NCBI GenBank assembly: GCA_902575095.1
Contig: CACGPY010000001.1
Coordinates: 68,464 to 132,463, forward strand
DNA from: an uncultured Pelagibacteraceae bacterium
Lineage (GTDB): Bacteria > Pseudomonadota > Alphaproteobacteria > Pelagibacterales > Pelagibacteraceae
Direction of reading: 5' to 3'
Length of the DNA stretch: 64,000 bases
The notes under the pieces were generated by a model. The model worked only from the letters and a program-made list of their open reading frames with translations. It ran no database searches and was not told where the DNA came from. A program made the position numbers and the translations under genes. This document shows, in pieces, positions 47,248-56,150 of this stretch (within the stretch, counting starts at the first letter, position 1; each line of letters starts with the position of its first letter).

Positions 47248-48749
47248 AACCAGAATTAAAAAATCTTTTTAAATCTCAGTCTAATAGAAAGTCTAAGCAA
47301 GCCATAATAGATCTTGGGTCAAATTCAGTAAGAATGCTCATATACGATAATTTTAAAATTTCTCCAATTCCAGTCTTTAATGAAAAAGCAGTTTGCAAAC
47401 TTGGAAAAAATTTAGATAAATCTAAAAAACTAAATCCCGATGGAATTAAAGGTTCTTTAAAAGTTCTAAATAGATTTAAAGAAATTTTAGATATTTCAGA
47501 CGTTCAAGATTTAGAAATTATTGCAACAGCGGCTTTTAGAGAGGCCACTGATGCAAGTGAATTTTTAAGAGAAATTGAAAAAATATTTAATAAAAAACCA
47601 CTAGTATTATCTGGCAAGGAAGAAGCAAGAACATCAGCAAACGGTGTAATGGTAGGATTTGATGAAGTAGATGGACTAGTTGCAGATTTAGGAGGTGGAA
47701 GTTTAGAACTTGCCAGAGTTTCCAAAAATCAAATTTTTGAAACAACCTCTTTACCTCTTGGAGTACTAAGACTTGAAAATAACCCTATTATAAAAAAAAA
47801 AAATTTGGGAAAATATGTTAGAAAACTTTTAAGAGATGAAAAATGGCTTTTTAAAAAGAAATTCAAAAATATTTATTTGGTAGGAGGGACTTGGAGATCA
47901 TTATTTAAATATCATCTCTTTAAAGAAAAACACCCATTACATATTTTGCATCAATATAAGCTCTCAAAAGATCTAGCAGTTAAATACTTAAATAGGATTT
48001 CAAAATTTAATAAATCATCTTTGAAATCAATGGAGTATATAACTAAATCTAGAACTCCCTATTTACCGTTTAGCTCTATAATACTTAACGAAATAATTGA
48101 AGCAGCAAGCCCTTCAAAAGTTATTTGCTCAATCAGTGGACTGAGAGAGGGGCATATGAATACAATTATAAACCAAGGAATGAGCGAGGATGAAATTTTC
48201 AAATTAAAAACTGATGGTATATCTTTTAAAAAAGGGGACTATGGAAAGAGTTTTGAGAAATATTTTAACTTTATTTTACCATTATTTGAAGACAACGAAT
48301 ATTTTAATCGAAGATTACTAACCTTGGCTTGTATCTTAAGTAAAATGGATTGGGGCTTAGGAGCTTTTCAAAAAGCAGAATTGGTTTTTATGGAAGTTTT
48401 AAATACTCCATTACTAAAACTAGAACATAGAGATAGAGTAAAAGTTGCATCAGCAAGTTTTTGGAGACATTGTGGTTTAAAATATAATCCGAATTATCAG
48501 TTTTTATCCTTATTAAATAACAACGAAATTTTATCTTCAAAACAAGTGGGATCTGCTTTAAGATTAGCAGAATCACTTACAAGCATGTCTTCGTTATTGT
48601 TAGATGAATTTAAAATTTATAAAAGAAATAAGACTATTTTTTTGAAAATACCTAACAATCATAGTGATATAGTCTCAAAACAAGTAACTAAAAGACTTAA
48701 TAACCTGGCAAGAGAGATGAATGTCGACTCTAATATCATTTATTCTTGA
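47244..48749 (+). CDS. ppx: Exopolyphosphatase Ppx/GppA
   Basis: IDLGSNSVR, ATAAFREA, SGKEEA, DLGGGSLE, GGTW, GLREG. Confidence 0.93.
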   Translation: MKPELKNLFKSQSNRKSKQAIIDLGSNSVRMLIYDNFKISPIPVFNEKAVCKLGKNLDKSKKLNPDGIKGSLKVLNRFKEILDISDVQDLEIIATAAFREATDASEFLREIEKIFNKKPLVLSGKEEARTSANGVMVGFDEVDGLVADLGGGSLELARVSKNQIFETTSLPLGVLRLENNPIIKKKNLGKYVRKLLRDEKWLFKKKFKNIYLVGGTWRSLFKYHLFKEKHPLHILHQYKLSKDLAVKYLNRISKFNKSSLKSMEYITKSRTPYLPFSSIILNEIIEAASPSKVICSISGLREGHMNTIINQGMSEDEIFKLKTDGISFKKGDYGKSFEKYFNFILPLFEDNEYFNRRLLTLACILSKMDWGLGAFQKAELVFMEVLNTPLLKLEHRDRVKVASASFWRHCGLKYNPNYQFLSLLNNNEILSSKQVGSALRLAESLTSMSSLLLDEFKIYKRNKTIFLKIPNNHSDIVSKQVTKRLNNLAREMNVDSNIIYS

Positions 48750-48843
48750 AAATTAATAAATCTTTAACTTAATTTAAATATTTTTTTAGCATTTATATAT
48801 TATCAACTGTTTATCAGTCTCCCAACTGTGATGTTAATTAATT

Positions 48844-48872
48844 AGCCCAAGGTATCAATATTACCTTGGGCT
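48844..48872. terminator. Perfect 11-bp hairpin in the ppx/aquaporin convergent gap
   Basis: AGCCCAAGGTA-tcaatat-TACCTTGGGCT. Confidence 0.65.
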
Positions 48873-48881
48873 GCCCTCCAA

Positions 48882-49529
48882 TTACAAAATAATTTTTCTG
48901 ATTAAATAGACAGCCAATATTCCACCAAGCATCTCAGCAATGATATAGCTAGGAGTATTTAAGTAATTAATTCCAGTAAATGTGTCTGTAAAAGTTCTTG
49001 CGATTGCTACCGCTGGATTTGCAAAAGAAGTTGAAGAGGTAAACCAATACCCCGCTGTTATAAAAGTAGCTACTGATGAAGCGACCGCAAGTTTGCCGCT
49101 CTTTAAAGATCCAAATATCACAAAAATTAATCCAAAAGTTGCAATGATCTCAGCTGTAAAAATATTTATTCCAGGTCTAATCTTCTGTGAAAGCTGCAAC
49201 AAAGGAAGATCAAACATAAAATTTGCTAACATTACCCCTAACATGCAACCTAAGATTTGAGCAGAGATATAAGTGATAATTAAATTTTTTTTAATCTTGT
49301 TGGTAAAATACATTGCTAAAGTAACGACAGGATTAAAATGTGCGCCGGAGATATCACCGATTGAAGTAATCAGAACAAATAATCCTGCACCTGTAGCTAA
49401 AGTATTCGCTATTAACATTACAGCGATATCATCAGTTAGATTTTGAGCCATAATACCTGAACCAACAATAATCATGACTAAAAAACAACTTCCTATAAAT
49501 TCACCAATAAATATCTTTTTACTTTTCAT
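48882..49529 (-). CDS. MIP/aquaporin, AqpS-type (arsenite channel-like)
   Basis: GSGIMA, SGAHFNPVVT, YWFTSSTSFANPAV; coupled to arsC. Confidence 0.85.
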   Translation of the reverse strand: MKSKKIFIGEFIGSCFLVMIIVGSGIMAQNLTDDIAVMLIANTLATGAGLFVLITSIGDISGAHFNPVVTLAMYFTNKIKKNLIITYISAQILGCMLGVMLANFMFDLPLLQLSQKIRPGINIFTAEIIATFGLIFVIFGSLKSGKLAVASSVATFITAGYWFTSSTSFANPAVAIARTFTDTFTGINYLNTPSYIIAEMLGGILAVYLIRKIIL

Positions 49530-49962
49530 TTTTTACCCAATGTTTAATTTTTTCATTAATTATATTATAAGTTTCTTCAGCTATTAAATTTATTTTATCT
49601 TTATTTTTAGTTTTTTTAATTTTTTCAACAGGGTCCGCGATGTCCCAGTGCGTAATGGTCTTTTTTTTGGGCCATACAGGACAAACTTCTTTATTGGCGT
49701 TATTACAAACTGTAATCACGTAATCAATATCAATATCATTTTTTAAAAATTCATCAAAATTTTTTGAATAATAAGTGTCTACATTAAATTTTTTTCCTTC
49801 AAGATACTCTTTTATGTAAGGATTGATTTTTCCTGAGGGATTACTTCCGGCGCTAAATGCGATGAATTGATTTCGGAAATTATTATTTATAATACTTTCT
49901 GCTATTATGCTTCTCGCAGAGTTTCCAGTACAAACAAATAATATTGTTTTTATTTTACTCAT
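49519..49962 (-). CDS. arsC: Arsenate reductase, LMW-PTP / thioredoxin-coupled family
   Basis: FVCTGNSARS P-loop, SAGS, ITVC...EVCPVWP, HW.IADP. Confidence 0.88.
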   Translation of the reverse strand: MSKIKTILFVCTGNSARSIIAESIINNNFRNQFIAFSAGSNPSGKINPYIKEYLEGKKFNVDTYYSKNFDEFLKNDIDIDYVITVCNNANKEVCPVWPKKKTITHWDIADPVEKIKKTKNKDKINLIAEETYNIINEKIKHWVKNEK

Positions 49963-49988
49963 AAAAAATGTCTTGAAGTGTCCCGAAC

Positions 49989-50222
49989 TTACGGAACCAA
50001 AATTTGATAAAAACCAATAATAAATAATGGAATCTGTAACCCAAAATTGGTTAATATTGCTTTATCCTTAGAAATAAAACCTGCAATAGTCCAACCAACT
50101 ACTCCCGCTCCATGAAACATTATATTTACTGGATACATATTCAAATTTGTTAATAAAATACCTGTAAGAACTAAAAAAGTACTTAACCATTTAAGGTATT
50201 TTTTAATAAACTTCATAGTCAA
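49989..50222 (-). CDS. Small 3-TM membrane protein, unknown function
   Basis: KWLSTFLVLTG..LTNLNMYP.N..GW..DKA pattern; co-oriented with gcrA and arsC. Confidence 0.65.
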   Translation of the reverse strand: MTMKFIKKYLKWLSTFLVLTGILLTNLNMYPVNIMFHGAGVVGWTIAGFISKDKAILTNFGLQIPLFIIGFYQILVP

Positions 50223-50249
50223 TTATATGATTGTAATGTTAAAGTTTTG

Positions 50250-50747
50250 TTAACCAGACGAGGCTTTAACTTTTTTCTCAATAAATTCTGGAATATCATC
50301 TTCTTTATCAAGAACCTCTTCTTTTGTGCCTTTAGGTTGAAATGCGTATAACACGTGTAATTTACAATACGGGAATTCCCCCTCAGGTTTCCTTCCACAG
50401 AAATAAAATTTTTCTTCATTAGGATGTCCTATTGGCCACTTACAAGTTTGATCAGTCAACTCCTCTAAAGATTTAGGGTTTTCCGGTTCAAAATTTTTAT
50501 CTAGTAAAATTGATTGAAATTTAGCTTTCCTCGAAATAGGGGCAGATCCTCTTCTTACCGGTCTATTTACCGATAGTGTTTGACTAGATTGTTTAGATGG
50601 AGCTCTCGCTTCTAAGTTTAATCTATGAGCTTTACCAATGACAGCGTTTCGCGTTGTGTCACCTAGAGCTTCGGCTATCTGACTTGCGGTATGGCCTTTA
50701 GACCAGAGTTCTTTTAATTTAGCGACTTTTTCTTCTGTCCAACTCAT
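50250..50747 (-). CDS. gcrA: Cell-cycle regulator GcrA
   Basis: MSWTEE..LKELW..GHTASQIA..TRNAVIGKAHRL, CKWPIGHP, FCG, YC..H. Confidence 0.96.
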   Translation of the reverse strand: MSWTEEKVAKLKELWSKGHTASQIAEALGDTTRNAVIGKAHRLNLEARAPSKQSSQTLSVNRPVRRGSAPISRKAKFQSILLDKNFEPENPKSLEELTDQTCKWPIGHPNEEKFYFCGRKPEGEFPYCKLHVLYAFQPKGTKEEVLDKEDDIPEFIEKKVKASSG

Positions 50748-50883
50748 AGTATATAATTACAATATTTAGTAATTAGGAAAAACTTAGGACATAATATTGG
50801 GGTTTAAAACATTAAAAGACCTTAAAGCTGTGAGTAGTTTTAGTTGTGCACAGTTTTTTTAATAAGAGGTTATAAGACTATCA

Positions 50884-51696
50884 ATGGTTGAAATTACAAA
50901 AAAATATAAAATTGGATCGAGAAGATTTGGATTAATAAATTGGATTGGAGCTTGGACTTTATACAAAAAAGAAGTCCTAAGATTTTTAATAGTTTGGATA
51001 CAAACTATTTTTTCTCCGCTTATTTCATCTTTACTCTTTTTACTTGTTTTATCTCTAGCAATAGGCGCAGATAGAGGAGATGTGCTTGGAGTTCCTTTTA
51101 TAACTTTTTTAGCGCCAGGGTTGATTTCAATGCAAGTGATTCAACAATCATTTTCACATTCGTCTTCATCTTTTATGATTGGAAAAATACAAGGTAATAT
51201 CGTTGATCTACTTTACGCGCCATTGTCAGCAACAGAAGTAACCATTTCAGTAACTCTTGCAGCAGTTACAAGAAGTGTTGTAATAGCAATCGTTTCCATC
51301 ATTGTATTTAAACTCATTATAGATATTGAGATCAAAAACTATTTAACGCTTATAGCATTTACTTTGCTTTCTTCTTTTGTTTTAGGAAATATAGGAATAA
51401 TAGCGGGTTTATGGGCTGAAAAATTTGACCATATGGCAACAGTAACTAATTTTGTGATTGTTCCATTATCTTTTTTATCGGGTACTTTTTACTCAATTGA
51501 GAGATTACCTGAAGTTCTTCAAATTATAAGTAAAGCTAATCCATTTTTTTATATGATAGATGGTTTTAGATACAGTTTTATTGGCAAAGCAGATGGATCA
51601 ATTTTTATTGGATTGGTATATTTATCGGTATTAAGCTTCGTTAGCTGGTTTGTTACTTACTTATTGTATAAAAAAGGATATAAAATTAAATCTTAA
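50884..51696 (+). CDS. ABC-2 type permease (YadH-like)
   Basis: KEVLRF, PGLISM, PLSFLSGTFYSI, NPFFYMIDGFRY. Confidence 0.88.
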   Translation: MVEITKKYKIGSRRFGLINWIGAWTLYKKEVLRFLIVWIQTIFSPLISSLLFLLVLSLAIGADRGDVLGVPFITFLAPGLISMQVIQQSFSHSSSSFMIGKIQGNIVDLLYAPLSATEVTISVTLAAVTRSVVIAIVSIIVFKLIIDIEIKNYLTLIAFTLLSSFVLGNIGIIAGLWAEKFDHMATVTNFVIVPLSFLSGTFYSIERLPEVLQIISKANPFFYMIDGFRYSFIGKADGSIFIGLVYLSVLSFVSWFVTYLLYKKGYKIKS

Positions 51697-51698
51697 AA

Positions 51699-52865
51699 AT
51701 GAGTGCAATATTAAATACATATAATAGAAAAAAAATTGCTTTTACTAAAGGAAAAGGCTCTTTCCTTTATGGGACTAATGGAAAAAAATATTTGGACTTT
51801 GTTCAAGGAATAGCAGTTAATTGTTTAGGCCATGCCAATAATTACTTGATTAATTCAATTTCTAAACAATCTAAAAAATTATGGCATGTTTCTAATGCTT
51901 TTATTATTCCTGAACAAGAAAGATTGGCTAAAAGATTGAAGCAAAAAACATTTGCTGATTATATTTTCTTTCAAAATTCTGGAGCTGAAGCTACAGAGGC
52001 TGCTATCAAATTTGCTAGAAGATATTTTTACTCAAAAGGTCAGCTAAGAAAAAATAGAGTTTTATGTATAAATAATAGTTTTCACGGAAGAACACTTGCC
52101 ACAATTTTTGCGAGTAATAGCAAAAAAGCCACAGAAGGTTTTGGACCTAAGGTAGATGGGTTTGATCATTTTAATTTTGGTGATCATAAAAGTTTAGAAA
52201 AATCTATTACCAGCAGGACCGCTGCAATTATGGTTGAGACAATAATGGGAGAAGGTGGAATAAAAGTAATACCAGATTATTGTTTAGTAGGATTAAGAAA
52301 ATTATGTAATAAAAAGAAAATTTTATTAATTTTAGATGAAGTCCAGTGTGGAATAGGAAGAAGTGGAAAATTTTTTGCATTTGAACACGCAAAAATAAAA
52401 CCTGATATTGTGCCAATCGCAAAAGGAATAGGGGGCGGTTTTCCTATTGGTGCTGTATTATTAAATAAAAAAGTAGCATCAGGTATGAAACCAGGCACAC
52501 ACGGATCTACTTTTGGAGGCAATCCTTTAGCAATGAGCGCTGGAAATGCAGTAATGGATGTGATGTTTAAAAAAGGTTTTTTGAGCAATGTTACTAAAAA
52601 TGGAAATTATTTTTTAAAAGGTCTTAAGAAATTAAAAGAAAAATATCCAAAAATAATTAAAGAAGTCAGAGGAAAAGGTTTATTGATTGGAATATGTTTA
52701 CATAGAGATCAAACTAAATTTATTCAAAAGTTAATGGACAATAAGCTTTTAACTGTAAGAGCTGCTGAAAATGTAGTCAGACTTTTGCCTCCTTTAAATG
52801 TCACAAAGCAAGAAATTAATTTAGGTTTAAAAATATTAGATAAGGTTTGCAAAAACTATAGATGA
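51699..52865 (+). CDS. argD: Acetylornithine aminotransferase
   Basis: GIAVNCLGH, NSGAEATE, SFHGRT, DEVQCG, AKGIGGG, HGSTFGGNP; upstream of argF. Confidence 0.93.
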   Translation: MSAILNTYNRKKIAFTKGKGSFLYGTNGKKYLDFVQGIAVNCLGHANNYLINSISKQSKKLWHVSNAFIIPEQERLAKRLKQKTFADYIFFQNSGAEATEAAIKFARRYFYSKGQLRKNRVLCINNSFHGRTLATIFASNSKKATEGFGPKVDGFDHFNFGDHKSLEKSITSRTAAIMVETIMGEGGIKVIPDYCLVGLRKLCNKKKILLILDEVQCGIGRSGKFFAFEHAKIKPDIVPIAKGIGGGFPIGAVLLNKKVASGMKPGTHGSTFGGNPLAMSAGNAVMDVMFKKGFLSNVTKNGNYFLKGLKKLKEKYPKIIKEVRGKGLLIGICLHRDQTKFIQKLMDNKLLTVRAAENVVRLLPPLNVTKQEINLGLKILDKVCKNYR

Positions 52866-53788
52866 AAAATTTTATAAATATATCTGATCATTCATCAAAT
52901 GATCTAAGAGCTATTATTGATGAGGCAAAAGCTAGAAAGCTTAAAAGACAAAATTTAAATAAATCTTCTCCAGATGAAGATAAACCTTTTGAAGGAAAAT
53001 CTATGGCGATGATTTTTGAAAAACCTTCCACAAGAACTAGAATGTCTTTTGATATTGCCGTGAAACAATTAGGCGGTACATCGATTATATTAAATCCAGA
53101 CGGGATTCACTATGGCAAAGGCGATGAAACACTTAAAGATACAGCAAAAGTTTTAACAGAGTACGTTGATATAGTAATGCTTAGAACGTCTTCTCATAAA
53201 AATCTTGAAGAGTTTGGAAAACATTTAGATATTCCGATTATTAATGGTTTGTCAGATGTAGGACATCCTTGTCAAATCATGTCAGATATTCTTACATACG
53301 AAGAAAGCAATGGGGCTATTGAAGGTAAAACAATTTCTTGGTTAGGAGATGGAAATAATAATATGTCCAACTCTTTAATTGAGGCTGCAGGAAAATTTGG
53401 TTTTAATCTAAAAATTGCTTGCCCTAAAAAATACTCACCAAATAAAAAGATATTAAGTTGGGCAAAGAAAAATAAGGTAAATCTTACTGTAACAACAAAC
53501 CCTGAAGAGGCTGTAAAAAATTCAGATTGTGTGATGACTGATAAGTGGGTTTCAATGAACGATAAAGTAAATAAAAAAGCAAAGAAGAAAATCTTAAAAC
53601 CTTTTCAAGTAAATAAAAAGTTAATGGGTAAAGCTAATTCAGAAGCAATTTTTATGCACTGTCTTCCTGTGGGAAGAGGGGAAGAAGTAACGGACGAAGT
53701 GATTGACGGCAAACAATCTGTAGTTTGGAGACAAGCTTTAAATAGAGTACACGCACAAAAAAGTATAATAAAGTGGTGCTTAGATTAA
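52862..53788 (+). CDS. argF: Ornithine carbamoyltransferase
   Basis: FEKPSTRTR, HPCQ, GDGNN, DKWVSM, MHCLP. Confidence 0.96.
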   Translation: MKNFINISDHSSNDLRAIIDEAKARKLKRQNLNKSSPDEDKPFEGKSMAMIFEKPSTRTRMSFDIAVKQLGGTSIILNPDGIHYGKGDETLKDTAKVLTEYVDIVMLRTSSHKNLEEFGKHLDIPIINGLSDVGHPCQIMSDILTYEESNGAIEGKTISWLGDGNNNMSNSLIEAAGKFGFNLKIACPKKYSPNKKILSWAKKNKVNLTVTTNPEEAVKNSDCVMTDKWVSMNDKVNKKAKKKILKPFQVNKKLMGKANSEAIFMHCLPVGRGEEVTDEVIDGKQSVVWRQALNRVHAQKSIIKWCLD

Positions 53789-54333
53789 GGTAGAGGTTTT
53801 GGATTATTACTTTTAGAGTTCATATATAAAATTACAGAAGCTCTATCCTTTTCTTTTCGTAATCCTGCAAAAGCCATTTTCGTGCCTTTAATGTGAGCTT
53901 GAGGTTTGATTAAGTAGCTATTCATTTCTTCAAAAGACCATTCTTTTGCGTGAGCAATCATTGCTTTAGAATATTTATAATCGCTTATTGATCCTGAAGT
54001 TCTACCAATGACGCCCCATAGGTTTGGTCCAATCATATTTTTTCCACCAGATGCAATTTGGTGACAGGCAGTACATTTTTTAAAAACCTTTTCTCCATGT
54101 GTTAGATCACCCATAGCTAAAAGAGCTTTTATATCTACGGCTTCTACAACTTTTACTTCAGCACTATCAACTGAACCATTAGTAGCAGCAACTTCTAAAC
54201 CTTCAATTTTGTAGGCGGACTCTTTAGGTTTCTCAACATGAAATAAAATATCAGTGAATTTTCCAATACCAATAATAATTAAAGCAGTAAGAAGAACTGC
54301 AGCTATAATTTTATTTATTTCAAAACTGTCCAT
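53785..54333 (-). CDS. cycM: Membrane-anchored cytochrome c (CycM/cy type)
   Basis: N-terminal TM (MDSFEINK), CTACH heme motif, GPNL, GTKMAFAG. Confidence 0.88.
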   Translation of the reverse strand: MDSFEINKIIAAVLLTALIIIGIGKFTDILFHVEKPKESAYKIEGLEVAATNGSVDSAEVKVVEAVDIKALLAMGDLTHGEKVFKKCTACHQIASGGKNMIGPNLWGVIGRTSGSISDYKYSKAMIAHAKEWSFEEMNSYLIKPQAHIKGTKMAFAGLRKEKDRASVILYMNSKSNNPKPLP

Positions 54334-54425
54334 AATTTTGGTAAAACCTAAGTGACGTATAACACGACTTTAATAAAAAAACTTAAATTACTTAATTTTT
54401 TTTTGCGTCTTTGGGACGCATAACT

Positions 54426-55160
54426 ATGAACAAAACTGTAATAATAATACCCTCTCGGTTAGATGCTTTAAGATTACCCAATAAGCCATTAAAACTTATA
54501 AACAACAAAGAAATGATTCTTCATGTTTATGAGGCTGCAAAAAAAACTAATTCAGAAGTGTATGTGGCAACTCCTGATCAAAAAATTATTGATGTTATTG
54601 ATCATAATAAGGGCAAAGCAGTTCTTACATCAATTAATCATCAAACTGGAACTGACCGAGTTTATGAAGTTTTTAAAGATCACTTAAACAGTGAACCAAA
54701 TCTAGTTATTAATTTGCAAGGTGACATGCCAAATATAGAGCCCCAAGCTATATCCGACTTAATAGATTATATGCAACAAGGAAATTGTGATATCGGGACT
54801 TTGGCTAGTTCATTCAGCTCCGATGATGAACTTGCAGATGAGAATAATGTGAAAGTAGCTGTTAAAGATCAATTAATTGCTGGTAAGTTTAGTGAAGCAA
54901 TAGATTTCTTCAGAGTAAATAAAAAGAAATATGAAAATTATCATCATCATGTAGGTATTTATGCCTTTACTAATAAAGCGTTAGTAAGGTATGTAAGCTT
55001 AAAAAGATCTAAGCTTGAATTGGAAAGAAAATTAGAACAATTAAGAGCTCTTGAAAACTCAATGTCAATTCATGTTGGATATATCAACTCATCGCCATTA
55101 AGCGTTGATACAGAAAAGGATTTAATGGAAGTTAAAAAGATTATGAAAAAAAGAAATTAA
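54426..55160 (+). CDS. kdsB: CMP-Kdo synthetase
   Basis: IIPSR...RLPNKPL, TGTDR, NLQGD, HVGIY, LEQLRALE, VDT. Confidence 0.93.
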   Translation: MNKTVIIIPSRLDALRLPNKPLKLINNKEMILHVYEAAKKTNSEVYVATPDQKIIDVIDHNKGKAVLTSINHQTGTDRVYEVFKDHLNSEPNLVINLQGDMPNIEPQAISDLIDYMQQGNCDIGTLASSFSSDDELADENNVKVAVKDQLIAGKFSEAIDFFRVNKKKYENYHHHVGIYAFTNKALVRYVSLKRSKLELERKLEQLRALENSMSIHVGYINSSPLSVDTEKDLMEVKKIMKKRN

Positions 55161-55161
55161 A

Positions 55162-55995
55162 ATGAAAATAGGAATTCAAGGAGAACTCGGAGCTTATTCG
55201 CATATAGCTGTAGAAAATCTTTATAAAAATGCAGATATTAAAACTTGCTCAACATTTGAGGATACTTTTAAATTAGCTTACAACGATCAAAACTATAAAA
55301 TAGTTATTCCAATTGAAAATTCTTTGGCAGGAAGAGTTGCAGATATTCATTATCTTTTACCGAAATATAAATTACAAATTCATGGTGAATATTTTCTTCC
55401 AGTCGAACATAATCTGCTTGGAAAACAGGACGCTTCAATTGAAGAAATTAAATATGTTAGAAGTCACGCACAAGCCATCAGTCAATGTCAAAAAATTATA
55501 AATGAAAAAAATTTCAAGTCTATAATTTCAGTAGATACAGCAGGATCTGCTAAAGATTTAGCTAAAGGAAAAGATAAATCTATAGCTGCAATTGCATCGG
55601 AACTTTCAGCTAAAATGTACAATTTAAAAATATTAAAAAAAAATATTGAAGATGACAAAGGAAATGTGACAAGGTTTTTAATAATGGGGAAAAATATTGA
55701 ACAACCAGATTATGATAAAAATAAAAAATATTTAACTAGTTGCATTTTTAGAGTTAAAAGCGAACCTTCGGCTCTCTACAAATGTTTAGGTGGATTTGCA
55801 ACTAATCAAGTAAACTTAACGAAGCTAGAGAGTTTTTCAGTAAAAAATACCTTTGAACAAGCAAATTTCTATTTAGATATTGAAGGGCACTTGGAACAAC
55901 CTAAAGTAAAAAAGGCTCTAGAGGAATTAGGCTTCCATACTGAGACTTTAGACATCCTCGGGGTGTACGAATCTTCAGCATTTAGGCAAAAATAG
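55162..55995 (+). CDS. pheA: Prephenate dehydratase with ACT domain
   Basis: QGELGAYS, PIENS, SHAQA, DTAGSA, NVTRF, NLTKLES. Confidence 0.92.
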   Translation: MKIGIQGELGAYSHIAVENLYKNADIKTCSTFEDTFKLAYNDQNYKIVIPIENSLAGRVADIHYLLPKYKLQIHGEYFLPVEHNLLGKQDASIEEIKYVRSHAQAISQCQKIINEKNFKSIISVDTAGSAKDLAKGKDKSIAAIASELSAKMYNLKILKKNIEDDKGNVTRFLIMGKNIEQPDYDKNKKYLTSCIFRVKSEPSALYKCLGGFATNQVNLTKLESFSVKNTFEQANFYLDIEGHLEQPKVKKALEELGFHTETLDILGVYESSAFRQK

Positions 55996-56053
55996 TCCAC
56001 AAAATTTAAATCAAGCCTTGTAGTATTTAAATTGATCTTGATATACTCATGTT

Positions 56054-56143
56054 GAGGTTGGCATCAGGTGGATGTTTCATAAACCCGGTCAGGTCTGAAA
56101 AGAAGCAGCCGTAGTGAAAATTTTTCAGGTTGTTGCCTGCCTC
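56054..56143 (+). ncRNA. ffs: Signal recognition particle (4.5S) RNA
   Basis: Domain IV motif GGTCAGGTCTGAAAAGAAGCAGCC; terminal pairing GAGG...CCTC; extended -10 TGATATACT upstream; located 5' of dnaX. Confidence 0.9.
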
Positions 56144-56150
56144 TTTTAAA

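Noticed and set aside
49985-49997. GAAC-N5-GAAC upstream of arsC as an alphaproteobacterial LexA box
   Set aside because: Consensus needs N7 spacing and the site overlaps a coding 3' end
50812-50825. TTAA repeats upstream of gcrA (also 62601-62614) as CtrA boxes
   Set aside because: Spacing is N6, not N7, and TTAA is very frequent in this AT-rich sequence
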